Origin: Vicinamibacteria bacterium
Lineage (GTDB): Bacteria > Acidobacteriota > Vicinamibacteria > Marinacidobacterales > Marinacidobacteraceae
Direction: 5' to 3'
Length of the DNA stretch: 64,000 nt
NCBI GenBank assembly: GCA_964291235.2
Contig: OZ219815.1
Span: forward strand, 480,001-544,000
Positions 45,964 through 55,615 of this stretch are shown piece by piece. Position 1 is the stretch's first letter, and the number at the start of each line of letters is the position of its first letter. A program made the position numbers and the translations under genes. A model generated the notes under the pieces. That model saw nothing but the letters and a program-made list of their open reading frames with translations, did not search any database and had not been told where the DNA came from.

Positions 45964-47199
45964 TTACGGGGCGGCTGCCGCTTCTATTACTTCCGCCCCG
46001 TCCTCGAGGTTTTCGAGGCCCTCCACGACCACGCGGTCACCCTCCACCAGTCCGGAGAGCACGAACACGTCCGTCCCGCGCCGGTCGCCGAGCCGTACCG
46101 CGCGACGCTGGACCCGTCCGTCGCGCACCAGATAGACGAGGTCCCGGCCGGTGTCCTGGAACAACGCGGCAGCCGCGACCAGCAGGCCCTCCGGGGCCTC
46201 TTCCGGCTCCGCTTCCGCGGACCGGAAACTCACCTTGACTCCCATGTCCGGCAGGATCCGGGGGTCCAGCTTTTCGAAACCGATCCGCACCCGGACCGTG
46301 GCCCGGTCGCGGTCCGCCGTCGGAATGATCGCGATCACGCGCGCCGGAATCGTCCAATCGTCGTAGGAGTCGAGCACGGCGTCCACCGGCTGCTCCGGCG
46401 ACACCCGGTTGATGTAGGCCTCGTTGACGTCCACCTCGATCTCGAGGGAGGTCATGTCCACGATCGTGCCGATGCCGGTGCGGGTGAACCCGGCACCCCC
46501 GGCGATCGGGGACATCATCTCGCCGGGCTGCGCGTTCTTGGCGGTGATCACGCCGTCGAAGGGCGCCCGGATCACCATGTCCTCGATCTGCTGGCGGATG
46601 ACTTCCACCTGCCGCTCCGAGACCCGGATGTCCCCGCGCTGGCGCTCGATGCGCGCTTCGAGGGTGGCGACCTCGCCGTTGACCTGATCGAGGTCCGCCT
46701 GCCCGGCAACCTCCTGTTCCACCAGGCGCCGGGTGCGGTCCTGGCGGAGGCGCGCCTCGGCGAGCTGGGCCTCCACCTCGAAGACCGCCTTGCCGGCCGC
46801 CGCCGTCTGCGCTTCCGCCAGCCGGAGATTTCGCTCCAGGTTCGAGGAGTCGAGCCGGGCGAGCACCTGGCCGGCGGCGACCTCCATGCCTTCCTCGATG
46901 GCGATCTCGGTGATCTGCCCCGCGGTCTTGGAAGAGACGGTTGCCTGACGCCGCGCGGTCACGTAGCCGCTCGCGTTGAGGACCGTGGTGCCGGCATCCA
47001 CCGACACGGACCGCACCCGCGCGGTGCGGACCGCGAGCACCTCCGGTTCTGATCCCAGCAGGAAGACCGCCGAGACACCGCCCCCGAGCACCAGGATCCC
47101 GCCGATGATCGCCGTCATCAGCGCGAAAGGGCGCGACCCGCGCTGCTCCTCGCCGATCTTGAGTTCGGCGAGCCGGTCAGCGGGTGTTGAAGGATTCAT
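45964..47199 (-). CDS. Efflux periplasmic adaptor (MacA-like MFP)
   Basis: N-terminal TM, LNASGYVTARRQATVSSK, coiled coil, IRAPFDG, EVDVNEAYI, ILPDMGVKV. Confidence 0.9.
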   Translation of the reverse strand: MNPSTPADRLAELKIGEEQRGSRPFALMTAIIGGILVLGGGVSAVFLLGSEPEVLAVRTARVRSVSVDAGTTVLNASGYVTARRQATVSSKTAGQITEIAIEEGMEVAAGQVLARLDSSNLERNLRLAEAQTAAAGKAVFEVEAQLAEARLRQDRTRRLVEQEVAGQADLDQVNGEVATLEARIERQRGDIRVSERQVEVIRQQIEDMVIRAPFDGVITAKNAQPGEMMSPIAGGAGFTRTGIGTIVDMTSLEIEVDVNEAYINRVSPEQPVDAVLDSYDDWTIPARVIAIIPTADRDRATVRVRIGFEKLDPRILPDMGVKVSFRSAEAEPEEAPEGLLVAAAALFQDTGRDLVYLVRDGRVQRRAVRLGDRRGTDVFVLSGLVEGDRVVVEGLENLEDGAEVIEAAAAP

Positions 47200-47343
47200 T
47201 TTCCTGGATCAAGAGCCTACGCGGCATGAGAGGCAAAGGTTCCGGGCACTCGGTGCGGGAGCTGCTCCGGATTGAAGGCCGGAGAAGGGTCCGTCTCCGG
47301 TACGTTCGGGGCTCGCCAATCTTACAGACGGCGCGGCGCAACA

Positions 47344-47622
47344 TCATCGCTCTGCGGCGATCAGCGCCTGGAGTCGCTCGACGTGTCGCAACAGCGCGAC
47401 GCGGCCGACTTCGGTCAGGCGATAGCGGGTCTGCGGGCGGCGGCGCACGAAGCGCTTGCGCTCGATCACGTAACCGCCCTCGATCAATTTCCCGAGGTGG
47501 GCGCTCAGGTTGCCGTTCGTGGCCTTCACGGACTTTTGCAGGTCGGTGAAGGTGGCCCAGTCTACCGCCACCAATTCCGCGATGACCGCCAGGCGCACCC
47601 GGGACAGCAGGAGCTCATCCAT
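47344..47622 (-). CDS. Winged-helix (MarR/ArsR-like, HTH_34 type) transcriptional regulator
   Basis: RVRLAVIAEL...FTDLQ...ATNGNLSAHLGKL...GYV...RRPQTRYRLTEVGR. Confidence 0.88.
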   Translation of the reverse strand: MDELLLSRVRLAVIAELVAVDWATFTDLQKSVKATNGNLSAHLGKLIEGGYVIERKRFVRRRPQTRYRLTEVGRVALLRHVERLQALIAAER

Positions 47623-48181
47623 GAACGCGTCGAGTCCAGAGCACAATGGCGGGAACCGCCATACCCGCGATCCACCCGAGCGCGAGCGTCCCGTGGAACC
47701 AGGCGGGAGTGAACCCGGCTAAGGCGGAGGCGGCGAGCAGCGCGACCCCGCCCATGAGGAGCGGCCGACTCGCCTGGAGACCCACGATCAGGAGCGCGAT
47801 GCTGAGGCCGCCGCTCCAGAAGAGGGACATCGCCCTCGCGGGGATCACCGAGTGCTGGGCGGTGAGGTTCAAGAGCAAGATCACACCGAAGGCCGCCGCG
47901 AACGTGACGCCCGCCTGGCTGTCCGCCGCGGTTTCGCGCCCATCGGCCTGCCGGCTGGCGGCCCAGACGCTGATTCCGATCGCCGCCAGCATCAGGGGCA
48001 GATGGAAGGAGCTGTCGGGCGGCACGCGCAGTCCGGCTTCGCGAGCCTGCTGCACCCCGTTGATGACCCCGCCGTACAGACCCCAGGCCAGGAGGATGAG
48101 CGGCGGGATGTGCAGCGAGCGGTCCGCGGCGAGGATCCGGTCAACCAGCGCCAAGTCGCCGTGTGCGGTGGATTTGTCCAT
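47615..48181 (-). CDS. Hypothetical integral membrane protein co-transcribed with the HTH regulator
   Basis: About 6 hydrophobic segments, AGGAGG RBS, stop overlaps the regulator start. Confidence 0.7.
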   Translation of the reverse strand: MDKSTAHGDLALVDRILAADRSLHIPPLILLAWGLYGGVINGVQQAREAGLRVPPDSSFHLPLMLAAIGISVWAASRQADGRETAADSQAGVTFAAAFGVILLLNLTAQHSVIPARAMSLFWSGGLSIALLIVGLQASRPLLMGGVALLAASALAGFTPAWFHGTLALGWIAGMAVPAIVLWTRRVHG

Positions 48182-48203
48182 GAGGGGTTTCCCTCCTTCA
48201 GAG

Positions 48204-48245
48204 TAGTCTGTTTTATAGATTATTCTGACTGCTTCCGACCGTCAA
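48204..48245 (-). promoter_or_regulatory. Sigma70 promoter with an overlapping imperfect palindrome
   Basis: TTGACG-N17-TAATCT on the minus strand; TAGTCTGT-N3-ATAGATTA dyad overlapping the -10/+1. Confidence 0.55.
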
Positions 48246-48281
48246 CAAGCAGTGGCGGTCTGAAGCGCGCCGGAAGAACCG

Positions 48282-48938
48282 TTAAGAGCCGGAAACCTGC
48301 TGATCCGCGGGGAGGGTCAGCAGGACGCCGTAGCCGCCACAGCGCGGATCCTGAACGTAGTCCGGAATCAGACCTCCCGGACGGAAACCGATCCGCAGCT
48401 GCGCGGAGACGGTGGGGTCTTCGAGAGCCCCCGCGATCAGACGCCCGTAGTACTCGTGGGCGCTCATGCGGTCCGCAACCGCCCCGTAACCGTTCAGCAT
48501 GCCGACGGTGAGCTGGCCGCGCAGTCCGAGGCGCAGCGCGGTGGCTTGACGGGCGGTGTAGAGCGCCCGGGCGATGCCGCGGCGGCGCCAATCCGGGTGG
48601 ACGCCGACATCGGCCCCGTAGAGCCACTCTCCGTCCGGGTCGTGGGCGGCGAGCGACAGCCCGCCCAGGAACTCGGGAAAACGATGCCGCGGGTTCTTCA
48701 GGTCGAGGTCGAGCCGCAGGGTGGAAGTCGAGGCGATGGGGGCATGCGGCGGTTCGTCCGGGAGGGCGACGAACTGGCCCTCCGGAAAGAGCTCGACGTG
48801 GCGGCGGTAGTGCTCGGCTGCAAAACGTTCCGACGGGTCCAGCGTCGGAAACACGATCCGCTGGAGTGCGGCCAGCGCTTCCGCGTGGGCGAGCGCGGTC
48901 GGCGCAACTCTCCAGCCGGCCCCCGCGGACAGGGCCAA
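48282..48938 (-). CDS. GNAT family N-acetyltransferase (YkwB-like)
   Basis: HVELFPEGQFVA, HDPDGEWLYGADVGVHPDWRRRGIARALY, DPTVSAQLRIGF. Confidence 0.82.
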   Translation of the reverse strand: MALSAGAGWRVAPTALAHAEALAALQRIVFPTLDPSERFAAEHYRRHVELFPEGQFVALPDEPPHAPIASTSTLRLDLDLKNPRHRFPEFLGGLSLAAHDPDGEWLYGADVGVHPDWRRRGIARALYTARQATALRLGLRGQLTVGMLNGYGAVADRMSAHEYYGRLIAGALEDPTVSAQLRIGFRPGGLIPDYVQDPRCGGYGVLLTLPADQQVSGS

Positions 48939-48945
48939 GGTGCGC

Positions 48946-50448
48946 CTACCCCGCCGCCGGCGGACGAAGGGCGAGGGTGCCGAGCCGACCCTTGGCCTCG
49001 ATGGGCTGGCCGGAGGCGTCGGTGAGAACCCGCGGCGGGTGGCTCTTCTGGGTCAGCAGCGACACCCCGACCGTCACGAGCAGGGAGACCGGGGTGGCGA
49101 TGAGCGCGTTCGGAAGCTCCGTCGCGGTCCCCGGCGCGACCGCCTCCGAGACGAGCTCCACTCCGACGAGCCCCAGCCAGACAGCCAGGCCGGCGACGAT
49201 CCCCGACACCGCTCCCGGAGCGTTGGTCCGCTTCCAGTACATGCCCAGGGTGAGCGGGCCGAAGAGGCCCACCATCATCACCGTCCACGATTCGACCATG
49301 AGCGAATAGACGCTCTGGAACCAGAGGGCTACCGCCAGCGCCAGACCGCAGAAGATCACCACCCCCACGCGAACCGCGACCAAGACCTCCTTCGGCTTCA
49401 GGTCGGGGGCCAGGTTCCTCATGATGTTCTGGCCGAAGACGCTTGCCGGAGCGAGCAGACCGCTGTCCGCCGAACTCATGAGCGCCGAGAAGAGCGCCCC
49501 GAGGAACAGGGCGAGGCCCGCGGGAGGCAGGTACTCCATCGCGAGGCGCGGAACGATTTCCTCGGGGTTCTGGAGTCCCGGCATCAGGACCGAGCCGATC
49601 AGGCCGAGGGCCACCGGAATGAGGCCGACCACCAGGTAGAGCGAGCCCCCGAAGTAGGCGGCCCACTGCGCCACCCGTTCGCTCCGGGAACTGAGTGCCC
49701 GCTGCATGAGGTCCTGGCCCGGTAGGTTTCCGAGCCCGATCACCAGCCACGCCTGCAGGAAGAAGAGCCATTCCAGCAGGCCGCCGGTCGGCAGGAAGCG
49801 GGTGCGTCCCTCCGGCAGGCGCTCGAGCACGCCAGAAACTCCGCCGGCTTCCCCAAGGACGATCGGCAGCAGCAGCGAGATCGCGGCAATCAGGACCAGC
49901 GCCTGGAAGAAGTCGGTAAGCGTCACTCCCCACATCCCGCCGAGCACCGTGTAGACGAGCACGATGGCGGCGGCGATCAGGATGCTGGCGACGAAGGGGA
50001 GGCCGGCCATCGCCGAAAGCACGGTGCCGACCGCCAGGAGCTGCGAACCCACCCAGCCGATGTAGGCCGGAAGGATGGAGAGCGCCGAGAGGATCTCCGC
50101 CCCCCGGCCGAAGCGCTGGCGGAAGAAGTCGGGAACCGTGAGGAGCCGCATGCGCCGCAGCAGCCGCACGTAAAACGCCCCGGCAAGCAGCAGGCAGAGC
50201 GCCGCGCCAAAGGGGTCGGCCACCACCGCGTTGAGGCCGCCGGCGTAGGAAGCTCCCGCCGCTCCGATGAGCGTTCCGCCGCCGAACCAGGTCGCGAAGA
50301 GGGTGAAGGTGCAGAGCCCGAGTCCGAGCCGGCGGCCGGCGACGACGAAATCGGTGGCGTTCCGGATCCGGGTGGAGGCGACCACCCCCAGGAACATCAG
50401 CCCCGCCAGATAGACGCAGACGGCGACGATGACGAAGGTCTGGCTCAT
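48946..50448 (-). CDS. Sodium:solute symporter family protein
   Basis: DFVVAGRRLG, ATWFGG, YTVLGGMWGVTLTDFFQ, QDLMQR, SALMSSADSGLLA. Confidence 0.9.
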   Translation of the reverse strand: MSQTFVIVAVCVYLAGLMFLGVVASTRIRNATDFVVAGRRLGLGLCTFTLFATWFGGGTLIGAAGASYAGGLNAVVADPFGAALCLLLAGAFYVRLLRRMRLLTVPDFFRQRFGRGAEILSALSILPAYIGWVGSQLLAVGTVLSAMAGLPFVASILIAAAIVLVYTVLGGMWGVTLTDFFQALVLIAAISLLLPIVLGEAGGVSGVLERLPEGRTRFLPTGGLLEWLFFLQAWLVIGLGNLPGQDLMQRALSSRSERVAQWAAYFGGSLYLVVGLIPVALGLIGSVLMPGLQNPEEIVPRLAMEYLPPAGLALFLGALFSALMSSADSGLLAPASVFGQNIMRNLAPDLKPKEVLVAVRVGVVIFCGLALAVALWFQSVYSLMVESWTVMMVGLFGPLTLGMYWKRTNAPGAVSGIVAGLAVWLGLVGVELVSEAVAPGTATELPNALIATPVSLLVTVGVSLLTQKSHPPRVLTDASGQPIEAKGRLGTLALRPPAAG

Positions 50449-50519
50449 CGCGGCCCTGCAGCCGAAGCACCGCCGCCGGATTCCGGGCGCGGTGCCTCAG
50501 CCGGCTGCACGAAGTGTTG

Positions 50520-51542
50520 CTAGCGCGCGACGCGCTGCCGGTACGCCTCGGTCTCGTAAACCTCGGGGTTCACACAGTTCGGAGCCCGCTCCCGGTTCAG
50601 GTGCGCGACCGCGTTCTCGGCGCACATGGTGGCCATGCGGTCCCGGGTCGCCACGCTGCCGCTCGCGACGTGCGGCAGCATCACGACGTTGTCGCACTCC
50701 GCGAGTCCCGGCTCGAACGCGGGCTCGCGCTCGAATACGTCGAGACCGGCACCGCCGATCTCGCCCGACTTGAGCGCTTCCACGAGCGCGGCCTCGTGCA
50801 CCACCGGACCTCGTGCGGTGTTGATGAGGATGGCGCTGTTCTTCATTTTCCGGAAGGCGGACGCATCGAAGAGGTGATGGGTGGAGGGATTGAGATCGGT
50901 GTGGATGGTGACGAAGTCGCTGCGAGCGAGAAGCTCGTCGAACTCGGCGTACTCCACGTCGTCGCGGGCCTCGATGATCGCCTTCATGGGCGGGTCGAAA
51001 GCCAGCACGTCCATATCGAATCCCTGGGCGCGCTTGTGCATCGCCCGGCCGATGCGGCCGAAGCCGACCACTCCCAGCACCTTCCGGCGCCCGTCGCCGC
51101 CCGGGCTCACGTCGGCGCCCAGCATCAGCGAAGGCCCCCAGATCCGGTACTTGCCCTGTCGCATGTAGGCGTCGGCCGGAACCACCCGGCGGGCCGCCGA
51201 CATCAGCAGCGCCCACGCCAGGTCCGCCGTGGTGTCGGTCAGGACCCCGGGCGTGTTGGTGACGGGCAGACCAAGTTCGGTCGCGGTGTCCACGTCCACG
51301 TTGTTGAAGCCGACCGCGTAGTTGGCGACCCCGAGCAGTTGCGGAGCCGACTCCATGAGTTCCCGGTCCACCGCTTCCGTCAGGAGCGAGACGTGCACGT
51401 CGGCGCTCCGGGCGCCGGCCAGGACCTGCTCCCGGGGGGTCGAATCGCCATCGGCGGTGGGCGCCACCTCCACGTCAGCCGCGGCGCGCAGGATGGCGAG
51501 GCCGGCTTCCGGAATGGGACGGGTAACGAAGATGCGACTCAT
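50520..51542 (-). CDS. D-glycerate dehydrogenase / glyoxylate reductase (2-hydroxyacid dehydrogenase)
   Basis: AVGFNNVD, TNTPGVLTDTTAD, GFGRIG, INTARG, GLDVFERE, PHVAS. Confidence 0.92.
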   Translation of the reverse strand: MSRIFVTRPIPEAGLAILRAAADVEVAPTADGDSTPREQVLAGARSADVHVSLLTEAVDRELMESAPQLLGVANYAVGFNNVDVDTATELGLPVTNTPGVLTDTTADLAWALLMSAARRVVPADAYMRQGKYRIWGPSLMLGADVSPGGDGRRKVLGVVGFGRIGRAMHKRAQGFDMDVLAFDPPMKAIIEARDDVEYAEFDELLARSDFVTIHTDLNPSTHHLFDASAFRKMKNSAILINTARGPVVHEAALVEALKSGEIGGAGLDVFEREPAFEPGLAECDNVVMLPHVASGSVATRDRMATMCAENAVAHLNRERAPNCVNPEVYETEAYRQRVAR

Positions 51543-52846
51543 GCGGCGATTCCCAGTGCAATTTCATCGGCGAGGAAACGGGCGAACCCGTCGTGGTCGG
51601 CCACGCCGGCGGCGATCCGGCGGATTCCCTCGCGAAGCGAATCCATGTCCGCCGCGTAGGAGAGCCGCAGGAAGTCCTGTCCCTCGCTACCGATCACGCC
51701 GAAGCTGCGGCGATCCACCAGCGCCACCCCGTGGTAGTAGAGGAGGAAACGGGAAATCAGGGTTGCCGGACTGGTCCCCGCCTTCAGGGAATCCGGCAGC
51801 GACTCGAAGTGCGCGGTGGCGCCGAGCGATTCACAGACGCCGGAGATGTTCGGAAACACGTAGAAGGCGCCGAGCGGATTCCGGCAGCGGATTCCGGGAA
51901 TCGCGTTGAGGGCCGGCACCACGAAGTCGCGGCGCCGCTGGAACTCTCCCACCATCGAGGCGACCACCTCGGCGGTCTTCGGGTTCTCGAGGGCCTCGCG
52001 GGCGGCCTGCTGAATGAAGGGCGGCACGCAACTCACGGTGTTGATGTTGATCTGCTTGAACCGGAGCGCTTCTTCGGCGGTGGGAAGCACGCACCAGCCG
52101 AGCCGCCAACCGGTCATCGCGTAGCCCTTCGAGTGCCCGCTCGCGATGATCGTGTGGCGCTCCATCCCCGGCAACGACGCCATCGACGTCTGCTCGAAAC
52201 CGTCGAAGGTGATGTGCTCGTAGATCTCGTCCGAGTAGACCCGGATGTCCGGCCGGCCCCGCTCGCGCAGGAGTGCGGCAACCTCCTCGAGGAGGGCCTT
52301 CGGAAGGACGCCGCCCGTGGGGTTGGAGGGCGAACAGAGCATCAGGACCTTCGTCTTCGGGGTCAGCAGCCGATCGAGATCCTCCGCCGTAAATGAGAAC
52401 CCGCGTTCCTCGCGCAACACCAGCGGTTTGGGCACGCCGCCCAGATAGGTGACCCAGGACTCGTAGATCGGGAAACCCGGACTCGGATAGATGACCTCGT
52501 CACCGGGGTCCACGTAGGCCATCATCGTGTAGCCGATCGCCGGCTTGGCCCCCGGAAGGACGATGACCCGGTCCGCGGCCACCTCGATGCCGCGGGTCCG
52601 CGATACGTAACTGGCCAGCGCTTCCCGCAGCGGCGCGATGCCGGCCGGGTCGGTGTAGTGGGTGTCCCCGGCGCGAATGGCGGCGATTCCGGCCTCGTTG
52701 ATATGCGGGGCGCTGTCGAAGTCGGGTTCACCGATGGTGAAGGGAATGACGTCCACGCCGCGGGCGCGGGCCCGGGCCATGTCTTCCCCGATCTTGAATG
52801 CGTTCTCGGTCCCCATATGACTGAAACGCTGGGCGAATAGAGGCAT
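51539..52846 (-). CDS. PLP-dependent class I/II aminotransferase (AspC-like)
   Basis: IGEPDF, THYTDPAGI..LR, SPSNPTG, SDEIY, GHSKGYAMTGWRLG, GAFYVFP, FLRLSYA; ATG at 52846. Confidence 0.92.
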   Translation of the reverse strand: MPLFAQRFSHMGTENAFKIGEDMARARARGVDVIPFTIGEPDFDSAPHINEAGIAAIRAGDTHYTDPAGIAPLREALASYVSRTRGIEVAADRVIVLPGAKPAIGYTMMAYVDPGDEVIYPSPGFPIYESWVTYLGGVPKPLVLREERGFSFTAEDLDRLLTPKTKVLMLCSPSNPTGGVLPKALLEEVAALLRERGRPDIRVYSDEIYEHITFDGFEQTSMASLPGMERHTIIASGHSKGYAMTGWRLGWCVLPTAEEALRFKQININTVSCVPPFIQQAAREALENPKTAEVVASMVGEFQRRRDFVVPALNAIPGIRCRNPLGAFYVFPNISGVCESLGATAHFESLPDSLKAGTSPATLISRFLLYYHGVALVDRRSFGVIGSEGQDFLRLSYAADMDSLREGIRRIAAGVADHDGFARFLADEIALGIAA

Positions 52847-52945
52847 GTTTATCTTGCGAAGCTTCGTGGAAACGGGCCCCCGCGGCGGGGGGCCGAGGCG
52901 CGGGGGCGGATGATATATTGGCTGGTCGGCTTCGGTTTTCCCTTG

Positions 52946-54394
52946 ATGACGGTGCGATTCGCGGTACTCGCCGTGTTGGCGGGCGCCTCGGCGGCGCCAG
53001 CGCATGTGCCCAGCCAGGCGCCCACGCAACCGCCCGAGCCGCCGCGCGCGGAAGAAAACGCCGAGGGGGCGAAAGCCGCCGAGTATCCCTTCGAGATCGT
53101 CGAGGACGTCACGATGGGAACCGAGCCGGCCAGCGCGGATGTCACGGGCCAGCTCGGGGTTGCCGACGAGGACTACATCCCGGAGGTCTTCCAGTACCGC
53201 CGGCGCGGCGCGCAGCGGGCGCAGCGCGAGTTGAGCGGGGACCACCGTTCGACCGCCCTCACCGAGTTCAAGGTCATCGACCTCGAGGTGGACCCCGGGG
53301 ACACGGTGCGGGCGATCGCCAGGGTGGAGCCCGCCTTCGAGAAGGGACGGCGTTTCGTCGCCGAGTTCTGGAGTCAGGAATACGGCCGGGCGTCGGTGAT
53401 CTACGTGAATTTCAAGCCGCACGAGAAGGACAAGAAGCTCTATCTCGGACGCGGCAAGGTGGACCGCCATCATCCCGGCGGCCGCTACAACGTCGGCTCG
53501 ACCATGATCACCGACGAGCACGGACACAAGAAGGCGTATTCCACCGAGTTCAACCCGGTCCTGCGCGCCGCTGACGGCAGCCCGGCCTACTTCGTGGTCT
53601 CCGAGAACCCGGAGGCCGACGTGACGCCGCCTACGCTCCGGTCCGTCGCAGTGCTGACCCCGGCGGTGGGCCCCGGAGAGACGATCCGGGTCGAGGCCTT
53701 CGCGGAGGACAACCTCGCCGGCCCCACGCAGGCGCGGGCCGTCTTCGTGAGCCCCTCCAAGAGGCGGGCGGTCCGGGCGGACCTGATCGGCGACGCCCGG
53801 CGGCCGGGCCGTTTTCTCGGAGCCTTCTCGATTCCCGAGTGGTACGAAGGCGGTCTCTGGAAGATCCAGAAGGTCGAGCTCTACGACGCGGCGCGAAACA
53901 GCGCGCTGCTCTTCGCCGCCACCGCCCCGGGGCTCCGAGACGCGACCGTCCTCGTCGAGGAGAATCCGGAGAAGAGGGATGACGAGCCCCCGGCGCTGCT
54001 CGCCATCGAACTCCCGCAGCGCGAGGCGCTGGCCGGCGAGTCGATTCCCGTCGCGGCGCTCGTCGAGGACAACCTCAGCGGCGTGGACAAGGTCTACATC
54101 TCGTTTCAGAGTCCGAGCGGCGCCGACCTGGTGCGGGTTTCGCTGGAGAGCAAGAACCCGCCGCTGAACCGGCCCTCGCTGGTGCCGCAACCGAACGTCT
54201 TTCGCGGGGCCCTGAAGATCGAGCCCTGGCAGGAACGCGGCGCCTACGCCGTGTCCCGGGTGAACCTGTCCGACCGGGCTCAGAACTACCTCAACCTCAA
54301 CCCGGTGCGCGACGAAGAGGTTCGCGGCCTGGAGGTCGTTTTCTCGCCGGAGGCGGGGAAGGCAGAGGCCGAAACGGAGCGACGACAACGATGA
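52946..54394 (+). CDS. Exported hypothetical protein with tandem Ig-like/beta-sandwich repeats
   Basis: Signal peptide and Pro-rich linker, then repeated units (PP.L...GE.I.V.A..EDNL.G......F.SPS...F.GA..I..W.E.G.....V.L.D.A.N). Confidence 0.7.
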   Translation: MTVRFAVLAVLAGASAAPAHVPSQAPTQPPEPPRAEENAEGAKAAEYPFEIVEDVTMGTEPASADVTGQLGVADEDYIPEVFQYRRRGAQRAQRELSGDHRSTALTEFKVIDLEVDPGDTVRAIARVEPAFEKGRRFVAEFWSQEYGRASVIYVNFKPHEKDKKLYLGRGKVDRHHPGGRYNVGSTMITDEHGHKKAYSTEFNPVLRAADGSPAYFVVSENPEADVTPPTLRSVAVLTPAVGPGETIRVEAFAEDNLAGPTQARAVFVSPSKRRAVRADLIGDARRPGRFLGAFSIPEWYEGGLWKIQKVELYDAARNSALLFAATAPGLRDATVLVEENPEKRDDEPPALLAIELPQREALAGESIPVAALVEDNLSGVDKVYISFQSPSGADLVRVSLESKNPPLNRPSLVPQPNVFRGALKIEPWQERGAYAVSRVNLSDRAQNYLNLNPVRDEEVRGLEVVFSPEAGKAEAETERRQR

Positions 54395-55615
54395 GCATGA
54401 ATCGCCGTCGCTTTCTCGGCGCCGCCGGCGCCGCGGCCCTCGGCCTCGGCGGCGCTCCGGGCCGGCTGCTGGCCGGCGCCGCGGAGCGCGCCTCGGTGGT
54501 CCCGGACCGGAGCCTGAAGACCAAGCACCTCGTGGTGATCCTCTACGGCAACGGCTGCCGGAAGAAGGACACCGTCGAGGATCGGGCCCACGCCCCGCAC
54601 ATGGCGCGGATGATGGACGCGGGCAGCGTCTTCACCGAGGACTTCGGCGAGACCGCGAACCTCCACGGATACATGTACACCGAGATGCTGACCGGACGGG
54701 AAACCGTTTCCGAGCACCCGCTCTTTCCCACCTGGACCGAGACCGTCCGCAAGGAACTCGGCGGCTCGGTGAACGACTACTGGATGCTCCAGGGAGTCAG
54801 CTACTACCGCTCCTGGGTCTTCGACCGGAAGCACTGGAGCGCGCATCCCGACGGGGGGCTCTCAGTTCGGCGCCAATTCGCTGACCATGAACAAGCTGTT
54901 CCACGAAGACGAGCAGCGGTCGGCGGCGGAACTGGTGAAGGCCAGCATCGAGCCGGGACTCGGACACACGCGGCAAACGCACAAGGATCTCGAGGACTGG
55001 CTGGCCGATGCGGTCGCCCGGCGAACCGACCTGCCGGCGTCCACCAAGACCTCGCTCGTGGACCGGGAGGTCCCGCTCGGGGACGGGCAATGTTTCGAGA
55101 TCGCCAAGCACCTGCTCCGCGATTTCCGGCCCAAACTCATCACGATCCAGATGCTGGCGCTCGACGACGCCCACGCCGACGCCGGTTTTTGGGACTACGA
55201 CACCGACTACGAGCAGTACCGGCGGCACATCGCCGCCACCGACGAGCTCATCGGCAATCTCTACGCTTTCATCCAGAACGACCCGTACCTGCGTGACACC
55301 ACCTCGATCCTGCTTCGACCCGAATGCGGGCGCGACGATGAGGTCAACGTCTACGGGCAGCTCCATCACTCGCAGGGGAACTACTACGCCCATAACGTCT
55401 GGACGCTCGGGGTCGGCCCCGACTTCCGGCAGGGTGCGGTCTTCCCCGAACAGGTGATGCGGCGCGACCTTTGTCCCACTGTCGTCTATCTGCTCACCGG
55501 GAGAGACATAGCGCGCCATGTCACGGGTTCCGTCCGTACCCAGATGTTCCACGAGGAGTACCGGTTGCCGCCGTACGTCCTCCGCGACCGCTTCGGCAAT
55601 CCGGTCGAAGCCTGA
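54391..55615 (+). pseudogene. Tat-exported alkaline-phosphatase-superfamily-like protein with a frameshift at a G6 run (~54853)
   Basis: MNRRRFL Tat signal, HLVVILYGNGCR, YTEMLTG, DDAH, TDELIGNL..FIQNDP..RDTT, RPECGRD, LGVGPDF, DLCPTV. ORFs 54391..55296 and 54887..55615 join if one base is removed near GACGGGGGGCT. Confidence 0.65.

Noticed and set aside
51539-54388. 949-aa aminotransferase fusion
   Set aside because: The first ~510 aa are the antisense of the exported protein at 52946-54394. The real start is ATG 52846.
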